Shown here: positions 1-7,639 of the stretch, piece after piece | Numbering within the stretch: the stretch's first letter is position 1 | Layout of the letters: each line of letters starts with the position of its first letter | Assembly (NCBI RefSeq): GCF_006345805.1 | Contig: NW_021826901.1 | Coordinates: forward strand, 1-11,742 | Direction of reading: 5' to 3' | DNA length: 11,742 nt | From: Octopus sinensis | Lineage: Eukaryota | Made by a program: the position numbers and the translations under genes | The notes under the pieces: generated by a model | Told to the model about the DNA's origin: nothing | The model's database searches: none | The model's input: the letters and a program-made list of their open reading frames with translations, nothing else

Positions 1-304
1 AGTAAGAAAGAAAAGAAACAAAAAGGAAACAAAAGAAAACAAAAAAGGACCCTCAAAACTACCAACCACTGCCAGTCGTGACTCCAAACTAAAATGAAAA
101 AATTCGAATTCAAATAATATGCAGACAAGCAAGCTCGCTTGGTATGATGCGTTGGGGAAACATTTTTGGAATTAATGGCAGAAAAATTTGCATTGCATAG
201 ATCTATGGATGTGGTTTGTCAAATGTGACTCCAGGTAAGTAAGGTAAAATGTAAAGTAACCAACGCCGACTCACAAGGGCCGGTTTCCCAGTTTCGTTGC
301 GTAT

Positions 305-726
305 GGCCGCAGGAGTGGCTGTGTGGTAAGTAGCTTGCTTACCAACCACATGGTTCCGGGTTCAGTCCCACTGAATGGCATCTTGGGCACGACCAAAGCC
401 TCGGGTCGACCAAGAACTCGGGTCGACCAAAGCCTCGGGTCAACCAAAGCCTTGTGAGTGGATTTGGTGGATGGAAACTCAAAGAAGCCCATCGTATATA
501 TGTATATATATATATGTGTGTGTGTGTGTGTATGTTTGTGTGTCCCTGTTTGTCCCCCTAGCATTGCTTGACAACCGATGCTAGTGTGTTTATGTCTCCG
601 TAACTTAGCGGTTCGGCAAAAGAACCGGATAGAATAAGTACTGGGCTTACAAAGAATAAGTCCCGGGGTCGATTTGCTCGACTAAAGGCGGTGCTCCAGC
701 ATGGCCGTAGTCAAATGACCGAAACA
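305..726 (+). mobile_element. tRNA-derived SINE, Octopus-type, with internal (TA)n/(TG)n tract (called family 1 here)
   Basis: A box TGGCTGTGTGG 316-326 and B box GGTTCAGTCCC 359-369. Internal microsatellite at about 495-542. The 3' module TTAGCGGTTCGGCAAAAG...GGGGTCGAT...GCTCCAGCATGGCC recurs at 3126-3354, 7601-7846 and 11695-11742. Confidence 0.9.
390..452 (+). repeat. 17-bp tandem repeat (about 3.7 copies) inside the SINE
   Basis: Units CGACCAAAGCCTCGGGT (390-406), CGACCAAGAACTCGGGT (407-423), CGACCAAAGCCTCGGGT (424-440) and CAACCAAAGCCT (441-452). Confidence 0.9.
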
Positions 727-1612
727 GTCCGTCACAGGATTACTCATTTTTACCAGTTGAGTGGACTGGAGCAACGTGAAATGAAGTGTTTTGCTCTAGA
801 AAACAAGACGTCGCCCGGTCCAGGAATCGAAACCATAAACTTACGATCATGAGTCCAACACCCTTAACCACTATGCCACGCGCCTCCTCTGTGACTCCAG
901 GAGTATCGGCAGAATGAAATGTTGCCTTTCAATAAATATATTAACGTCTCAGTGCAGCAGCATGCATTGTGAAGCTGGTATATTTTATACATTTGCAACA
1001 GTCCGATGCATAGAAATAAATATATAAATAAATAATATATGCGGATGATGTAGGAGAAGTAATGAAATACAGAACAGACAATACAAGAAATGATTCATAA
1101 TATGTTTTGCTTAATTACTTGTTGAGCAGAATGGAGCCGTGGAAACGTGTTGGACCGATAACGCGAGGTCCATAGATAGAAATTAGGCTCTCTAAAGGAA
1201 ATGGAAACAATTTCTGATATTTATATATCGGAACCGACTTGTCTACAAATACACCAACCATATACATGTAAATATACTTACAGGGGTAGCTACAAATTAT
1301 ATTATGCAATAGAAATTTATGTAGGGCCAAGGAATTTCTAATTGACCGGGGTGTGTCAAAAACCCAAATAGCATAGTGGGCAGAGTTGACAGCAAACAGG
1401 ACGTTTCACTCAGTACTATGGTATTTATTTCCCGCCAATCAGCTGTGGTAGCGCTCCGCTGTTGTATTGGTGCATTATAAAATAATCTATCATAGTATTT
1501 TATTTTCCGATTCAACAATAAATGACATTGTATAATTTTTGATTAATGAGAAATGTCCGTTTTCAAATCAAAATCCTCAGAGATGTTGAAAGTAATCATT
1601 CAATTGAACATG

Positions 1613-1706
1613 CATACATACATACATACATACATACATACATACATACATACATAATACATACATACATACATACATACATACATACATACATACATAC
1701 ATACAC
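1613..1706. repeat. (TACA)n microsatellite
   Basis: Directly visible tetranucleotide run with one interruption. Confidence 0.97.
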
Positions 1707-1799
1707 AAATATTTACACATGTCTCTCACTCTATGTATATGTTTATACATACATATATCTATATATATGTATATCCATAAATACATGTATGTATAGACA

Positions 1800-2045
1800 T
1801 ACGTACACGCACATAAATACACACATCCCTACATATCTCACATTTATTTTCTTTTATTTCCTCCACCTCACTCTCTATTTTATATCTTATCTAAATTAAC
1901 TATTTCTTAGCCATCATCTCACACCGTCTCCGATGAAGGAATATAATAAATAAGCCGAAAACAGCTGTAAGACCTTCACTATAAATGTTCTAAAATCTAC
2001 ACAGCCTTGGCTTTTAATCTCATTACGAAAAAAAATCTATATTTT
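1800..2045 (+). mobile_element. Putative Penelope-like element pseudo-LTR / 3' end fragment
   Basis: Non-microsatellite segment carrying an HHR motif and ending about 70 nt later at a (TA)n tract. The 5' boundary is approximate. Confidence 0.45.
1926..1973 (+). ncRNA. Degenerate minimal type I hammerhead ribozyme motif
   Basis: GTCT (stem I) - CCGATGA (core, U4C) - A - GG...CC (short stem II) - GAAAA - CAGCTG (palindromic stem III) - TA - AGAC (stem I'). There is one extra A after GAAA. Confidence 0.55.
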
Positions 2046-2056
2046 ATATATATATA

Positions 2057-2095
<39 letters not shown>

Positions 2096-2164
2096 CATAC
2101 ATATATATATATCATACATACATACATACATACATGCATATACATACATACATACATACATACA

Positions 2165-2235
<71 letters not shown>
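2046..2235. repeat. Compound (TA)n/(TACA)n microsatellite
   Basis: Directly visible. Confidence 0.97.
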
Positions 2236-2237
<2 letters not shown>

Positions 2238-2879
2238 AATTGAGATAGGGGTTGTAAGTGCAACTCTCCATGGGATAACATATATCCAATATACTGCTCG
2301 TGAAGCACCCAATAAAGTTAATACATAAATGTTAAGAACTGCGATGTAATTAATTCATTTACTGTATTATATGGGCAAAGGTAAAATGTTTTACCACAAA
2401 TTAATAATACAAAATAAGAAAATGGAGAAACATATCTTAATCAATGATCCTTTATCGCAAATAGCTGTTACGTGGTAGCAGGGTGTGCTAGAAATAGCGA
2501 CCAAATCTTTGGATGGGAGATACGTTAAATGCACGCGAAAAAACTATTTCACACTGAGGCTACGAACGCGTCTTTTACGAAATTAAGTCATTTTTACTTT
2601 AGAATGTTTTTTTAAATATGACAAAAAAAAAAATTTGTAATGGTATTCACTTGAAAACATTTTAAAAGAACATTAAAATAGTGCCTGTTTAAAGAAGGCT
2701 AAAATATACATACTGTACAAACAGCTTACATTTTTTAAATCACTTTCACTTAAAAATATTTCTAAATGATAAAAATATTGTGTTTATCAAAAGCGACAAT
2801 AAAAAATGTAAAAAAAAATCGTTTTTTTTTCGTTGTCAACTAACTGTCTAATAGAATGATAAGAGTTTCTTCCCATTCA

Positions 2880-3122
2880 GGATGAAGATAATTATTTTCG
2901 GAACATTTTCCCATAATGCACCGTTTTGGGTATTTATATTATGAAAATCTCTAATATCTTGAAAACTGCTTTACCGATTTACGTGAAACCTGTTTCATTC
3001 GATTCGTATTAACATTTCAGGGTAAACTTAATTCATGGTATTTTCCCATTATGCGTCAGTTTCGCTGAGTAACATTACAAGCAAGCAAGCAAGATTGAAA
3101 TTGACTTTTCATGTATTATAGA
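2880..3122 (-). mobile_element. Non-autonomous Helitron/Helentron-like fragment (5' end)
   Basis: The minus strand begins A|TCTATAATACATGAAAAG (5' TC after target A), then a short (CTTG)n. It contains ATATCTTGAAAACTGCTTTACCGATTTACGTGAAA, which resembles DINE-1/Helitron core repeats. No 3' hairpin-CTRR end was found and the left boundary is uncertain. Confidence 0.4.
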
Positions 3123-3125
3123 TAC

Positions 3126-3354
3126 CTTCTTATCTTTTATTTTTTACTCGTTCCAGTCATTGAACTGCGGATATGCTGGGACGCTGCCTTGAAGAATTTT
3201 TAGTCGAATAAATGAATCCCAGTATTTATTTTTTGAAAAGCCTGGTACTTATTCTAGCGGTCTCTATTGCCGAACTTTTAAATTATGGGGACATAAACAC
3301 ACCAACACCAGCTGTCTGCCGATGGAGGGGAACAAATACACATACACACATGAC
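3126..3354 (-). mobile_element. Family 1 SINE 3' half, diverged
   Basis: Reverse complement of the 3' module of 305-726: CAGTCATTGAACTGCGG, TAGTCGA, GTACTTATTCTA, TTGCCGAAC, GGGGACATAAACAC. Confidence 0.85.
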
Positions 3355-3536
3355 AAACAGGAAGTTCGAAAATCTTTTAGCAATATTTATTCACTATTAC
3401 ATGTTTTGTTTTCCATCAGGAATTACAAAGTTTTACTTGTTGGATAAATATGTAAGAGATTTCCTATTAGAAATTCTTCAGACCGAGAACTGAATAATAA
3501 TTTTACTCTACATACCTACATTATATATATATATAT

Positions 3537-3754
3537 AAAGGGAAAGTTTACGAAAATAAACAAAAGACGAAGGCAGGTGGAGTACAAACAAACAAATGTA
3601 TTAGTATAGCGCTCAGGAATAGAAAAAGTCTTTTACGTTTCGAGCCTACGCTCTTCGACAGAAAGATACACAGAAAAAAAACAAGGAGAGAAACTAGGAG
3701 AGAAAAAATGCGTGTAGTAGCTAACGATCTATCATGGCGTCCTGACTTCGGACA
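3537..3754 (-). mobile_element. Putative Penelope-like pseudo-LTR / retrozyme-like unit inserted in (TA)n
   Basis: A ~217-bp discrete segment bounded on both sides by (TA)n and containing an HHR motif at 3629-3666. Confidence 0.55.
3629..3666 (-). ncRNA. Minimal type I hammerhead ribozyme motif (A6U core variant)
   Basis: Minus strand: UCUUU - CUGUCGA - A - GAGC GUAG GCUC - GAAA - CG - UA - AAAGA. Stem I is 5 bp, stem II is 4 bp with a tetraloop, stem III is a CG palindrome and the cleavage triplet is GUA. Confidence 0.7.
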
Positions 3755-4040
3755 ATATATATATATGTATGTATCTAAGAGAGTGTATAGTATATGTATT
3801 TATATGTGTATATTTGCATGTGTATGAGTATGTGAATCTATATGTATGTGTACACGTATGTCACTGGAAGTCTCTATATTCAAATTTATGTATATGTGTG
3901 TGTATATATGTATGTAAATGTATATATATATATATACACGAGCAAAAGCCCCCACCCCATCCAATGGACGGTGCTGAGTTGTCAAACATTTAAACCAAAT
4001 TTTCTCAAAACAATTTGTCCGACCGTCTCATAGGCCTCCC

Positions 4041-4054
4041 CTTTGAGAAACACT
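4041..4054. mobile_element. Single hAT-like terminal inverted repeat end
   Basis: TTTGAGAAACACTG is the reverse complement of CAGTGTTTCTCAAA, a typical hAT/Charlie terminus. No partner TIR was found in the window. Confidence 0.3.
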
Positions 4055-4339
4055 GATTTAACCTAAATTTGAGACATCAGCAAAAGAAGAAATAAAGATA
4101 GACTTTTTTTCTATTCCAAAGAAAAACGATTTTATTCACACAAATATGCAGCCGAAGAGTATAAAGTACCAGCAATTATAAGGCTGTTGACTGGGAGAAC
4201 TGGTTTAAACAGTAAGCTTGGCAGGAAAGAAACGTGCCTTTAAGCAGTACAAAAACAAACAAAAAAATGGAAGGTGCAGTTATGTATAGGTTGATGGAAG
4301 AAAAGCAGGACAAAAACGGCTTTATCGATCGCATTCTCA

Positions 4340-4490
4340 CCTGGAATCGATTTTTGTAACTTTTTCAAGAATTATACACTCCCTATACCGTCGGTATCTA
4401 CGTATCAAATTTGAGCGCAATCGGATGGAGGATGCCCGAGATCCGAGAAGACACACACACAGACAAACAGAACGGATTTTATATAAGAGA
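4340..4490 (-). mobile_element. Non-autonomous Helitron-like fragment (5' end)
   Basis: The minus strand begins A|TCTCTTATATAAAA, then a CTGT/TG microsatellite, then CATCCGATTGCGCTCAAATTTG. This is the typical layout of non-autonomous Helitron 5' ends. The 3' end is missing. Confidence 0.5.
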
Positions 4491-4544
4491 TATATGCATC
4501 TATTGTATCACTGTATAAACCTATGTAATCACACGGATATTTAT

Positions 4545-4563
4545 ATTTGTGTGTAAATGTATT

Positions 4564-4595
<32 letters not shown>

Positions 4596-4640
4596 ATATA
4601 TATATAGTATATAATATATATATATATATATATATAATAA
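4545..4640. repeat. (TG)n/(TA)n microsatellite
   Basis: Directly visible. Confidence 0.9.
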
Positions 4641-4881
4641 TAAATATTAGGGAATATTATTATTATTTTTTGTTTTGTTTAATTTTATATTTTATATTTT
4701 ATATTTTATATTTAATTGTTGATAAGTTTATTTTCGTTTATATATTGTTTTATATGTTGATTATATATGGATTATATATAGTTTATATATGATTATATAT
4801 TTACATTTTTTCATTCATACTTTAATTATTTTAAAATTATTATTTTTATATTTTAAAATATTGATATTTTAGATTGGAAGT

Positions 4882-4919
4882 CCACCTGAAGATTGTCGAT
4901 CAGACAAGAATTGTAGTGG
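4882..4919 (+). ncRNA. Minimal type I hammerhead ribozyme motif (canonical 5' core, decayed GAAA/stem III)
   Basis: CCAC - CTGAAGA - TTGTC GATCA GACAA - GAAT - TG - TA - GTGG. Stem I is 4 bp and stem II is 5 bp. GAATTGTA differs by two substitutions from GAAACGTA. Confidence 0.7.
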
Positions 4920-5010
4920 CGGTTTTTTTGACTATTTATAAATTTTATGTATTGATTAAGTCTTTCCTTGTTGTTTTTTTGCAAATAGTGGTTTTGTTCT
5001 AATAATATTT

Positions 5011-5222
5011 TATATATATAGTATATATATATATATATATACACAATACATTTACTGGGAAATCAAAATTTGTGTGTGTATATATATATATAATATATAT
5101 ATATATATATAAATAATATATATATCTGAATGTGAGTCTATCTATGTGTTTTTATATATATGTATGTATATGCATATGTATGTGTATGTATGTGTGTCTG
5201 TGTTTGTAAATATGTATGTATT
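5011..5222. repeat. Interrupted (TA)n/(TG)n/(TATG)n low-complexity tract
   Basis: Directly visible. Confidence 0.85.
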
Positions 5223-5417
5223 TGAGTTTTGTCATCTCAATCTATATAATGAATTAATTTGGAAAATTAATTATTAGTGGACCAATTCTGAACTGCTTGA
5301 TTTTAGTGTATTTCTTGTAGTTACTGTTAAATTTATCATTATATTAGTATTTAATATTAATTACATATCACAAAGATCTTCACTATAATATATGAATGGG
5401 TGTATAAATACACTTAT

Positions 5418-5448
5418 TTAATTAATTAATTAATTAATTAATTAATTG

Positions 5449-5518
<70 letters not shown>

Positions 5519-5560
5519 TAATAATAATAATAATAATAATAATAATCATGATAATAATAA
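5418..5560. repeat. (TTAA)n followed by (AAT)n microsatellite
   Basis: (TTAA)n at 5418-5447 and (AAT)n at 5449-5560. Confidence 0.97.
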
Positions 5561-6060
5561 ATAGTTTCATTTGACTTTCTAAATAAATTTAATAATCTAA
5601 ATAATAGTTATTATAGTATTGTATGGTTTATAAATTGTATTCTTATTACAACAATATTGTTTGTAACTTCTGAAAGTATTGATAGAGTTTGGATATGTAC
5701 CATATATGGTCCTTCTATTTGTAAATAATAATATTGATTAGTTCATCGAGAACAGTCCTTAATACTTGTTTGATTTATATTAATGATTTCTATATTTTCA
5801 CTAAATTCTCCCTTCCATAATATACAAATAACAATCATTATTTGAACAACTGGCTGCCCCTAAAATTCAGCAAATTTTATTTCGACTACTATATCCTAAA
5901 TAGATATCTATGGGGTACTTTTGTTATCGCATTTACAGCCTTAAGTTTATATTAATGTTTATTACGGAATCCTCCCTACGATAAATTACGTAAACAAAGA
6001 AAATTTTTATTAGGTTTCTATTCGTATCTACTACGGAATTATTCCTCTGATAATAAATAT

Positions 6061-6308
6061 AGAAGACTATTATTAGTTAACAAACAATTGTAGCGTGGAA
6101 GGTGTTTATAAGCCATTTAAGAAACACACTAAAACCGTTAGATTCACATCAACATTTAAATTTAATTTGTCAAAATATTTTCGTCGCTTTGAGACCGCGA
6201 CCTGTTCACTGACAAAATTCCGTGCTGCATCTGAGCATCTGCATCTGCTGTTCATGCACACGATCTCAGATCAGGTTACTTGCTATGCAAGTACATTTCC
6301 AAAATAAT
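6061..6308 (-). mobile_element. Putative Penelope-like pseudo-LTR / retrozyme-like unit
   Basis: A ~250-bp segment with higher GC than its flanks, carrying the HHR at 6166-6216 and two small hairpins (6262-6272, 6277-6293). Boundaries are approximate. Confidence 0.5.
6166..6216 (-). ncRNA. Minimal type I hammerhead ribozyme with G3-C8 compensatory core
   Basis: Minus strand: UUUGUCA - GUGAACA - G - GUCGC GGUCUCAAA GCGAC - GAAA - AUAU - UU - UGACAAA. Stem I is 7 bp, stem II is 5 bp, stem III is a palindrome, and every helix pairs perfectly. Confidence 0.75.
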
Positions 6309-6660
6309 ATCAGTTAATTTAAACAATAATTTTTTTTTTTATATATATCAACAAATTTAAATAAATAGAATTGTATTGAAGATGTAATTGTTTATATATT
6401 TTTTGTTGAAGTTCTACAGAGGGGAAGACTTAGATACTTAATTATATACATATACATTATATATATATATATATATACACACACACCTATCTTATTGTTG
6501 TATGTTGAAGTGATGAAGGACTCTCTTGGACATGAACGTGCTTCGATTAGTATGTGTTTCAGATGTAATGAAGTGAATTTCGATGGTTGTGGATTGCACT
6601 TACTTGGTTGTATCGTCAGTTAAAGTGTCTTTGCTGTTTTTCAATCGTAAATGATGCATG

Positions 6661-6696
6661 TTAAGGTTAGGGTTAGGGTTAGTGTTAGGGTTAGGG
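6661..6696 (+). repeat. Interstitial telomeric-type repeat (TTAGGG)x6, two variant units
   Basis: TTAAGG TTAGGG TTAGGG TTAGTG TTAGGG TTAGGG. Confidence 0.9.
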
Positions 6697-6789
6697 TCAA
6701 TTCTCACGCTCAAAATACATAGAAATTTGGATTAATTTTTACAACCCAGCCGTCTTTTCACACGGAATTTCGTCTCTTTTTAAACCATG

Positions 6790-6873
6790 AACCTGAAGTG
6801 ACTTATATATATATAAGGGAAGTGTTATTATGTACATATATCAGAAAATGAACATAAGTCGAAACAATTTGTT
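6790..6873 (+). ncRNA. Degenerate hammerhead-like motif with long stem II loop
   Basis: AAC - CTGAAGT - GACTTAT...(47 nt)...ATAAGTC - GAAA - CAATTT - GTT. The 7-bp stem II directly abuts both core strands. A9 and stem III are defective and stem I is only 3 bp. Confidence 0.4.
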
Positions 6874-6992
6874 GGGCTTTTAGGTTTTTTTTAAATAATT
6901 ATTTATGTTATATTATATTCATAGTATATCATGTAATATTATAATATGAATAAATTATTGGATTGCCAATAGTATCTCTCTCTTTAACTTAT

Positions 6993-6996
<4 letters not shown>

Positions 6997-7041
<45 letters not shown>

Positions 7042-7051
7042 CATATATATA

Positions 7052-7084
<33 letters not shown>

Positions 7085-7095
7085 TATGTATATAT
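6997..7095. repeat. (TA)n/(TATG)n microsatellite
   Basis: Directly visible. Confidence 0.97.
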
Positions 7096-7395
7096 GCGGG
7101 GGCGCAACGGCAGCGGACTTGCGGTCGTAGGATCGCGGTTTCGATTCCCAGACCGGGCATTTTGAGTGTTTATTGAGCGAAAACACCTAATGCTCAACGA
7201 GGCTCCGGCAGGGGGTGGTGGTGAACTCTGCTGTACTTTTTCACCACAACTTTCTCTCACTCTTTCTTCCTGTTTCTGTTGTATCTGTATTTCAAAAGGG
7301 CCAGCCTTGTCACACTCTGTGTCACGCTGAATCTCCCCGAGAACTACGTTAAGGGTACACGTGTCTGTGGAGTGCTCAGCCACTTGCACGTTAAT
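7096..7395 (+). mobile_element. tRNA-derived SINE, 5' part, A box apparently deleted, 3' truncated
   Basis: tRNA-like head GGGGGCGCAACGGC...GACTTGCGGTC with B box GGTTTCGATTCC at 7137-7148, then CCAGACCGGGC...TTGAGCGAAAACAC similar to the head of the 236-889 SINE. No TGGNNNAGTGG A box is present. Confidence 0.75.
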
Positions 7396-7600
7396 AAATG
7401 AGGTGCGACATCACTGGTGCAAAGCTGTATCGGCCTTTGCCTTTCCCTTGGATAACATCGGTGGCGTGGAGAGGGGAGGCTGGTATGCGTGGGCGACTGC
7501 TGGTCTTCCATAAACAACCTTGCCCAGACTTGTGCCTCGGAGGGGAACTTTCTAGGTGCAATCCCATGGTAATTCATGACCGAAGGGGGGTCACAACAAT
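7396..7600 (+). mobile_element. 3' module of the SINE family seen full length at 7952-8298
   Basis: GACATCACTGGTGC...GCTGTATCGGCCTTTGCC...CTAGGTGCAATCCCAT aligns with about 8090-8298. Confidence 0.85.
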
Positions 7601-7608
7601 ATCTATAT

Positions 7609-7639
<31 letters not shown>

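Larger units (their letters stand above)
236..889 (-). mobile_element. tRNA-derived SINE (CORE/Meta-like central domain), interrupted by a nested SINE at 305-726
   Basis: The minus strand reads GGAGGCGCGTGGCATAGTGG (A box 868-878) and GGTTTCGATTCC (B box 823-834), then GAGCAAAACACTTCATTTCACGTTGCTCCAGTCCACTCA. The 3' part (GAAACCGGCCCTTGTGAGTC, tail TTTACCTTAC) resumes at 304-236. It is flanked by a perfect 12-bp direct repeat TGTGACTCCAGG (224-235 and 890-901), read as a TSD. Confidence 0.85.

Noticed and set aside
305-375. tRNA genes at SINE heads (also 815-889, 7096-7150, 7952-8020)
   Set aside because: A/B boxes are present, but there is no intact acceptor stem or cloverleaf and each continues into a SINE body.
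390-452. CRISPR-like short repeats
   Set aside because: The units are head-to-tail with no unique spacers, lie inside a eukaryotic SINE, and no cas genes are present.
1546-2328. Multiple ORFs rich in YI/HT/MYVC repeats (also at 3769-4033, 4547-4792, 11488-11740)
   Set aside because: They are translations of (TA)n/(TACA)n microsatellites, which lack stop codons by construction.
2550-2575. CTGAGGC...GAACGCGTC hammerhead-like string
   Set aside because: No stem II, no stem I complement, and the core is incomplete.
3452-3490. Minus-strand CTGAAGA...GAAA
   Set aside because: The GAAA is part of the only available hairpin and there is no stem I pairing.
4190-4310. Possible LINE ORF2 remnant (KKRAFKQYKN)
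   Set aside because: The similarity is too short and low-complexity to support.
6506-6546. GAAG-TGATGA-AGG...GAA-CGTG-CTTC hammerhead-like string
   Set aside because: C3 is missing, stem II does not pair and the cleavage triplet is not NUH. It is too degenerate to call.
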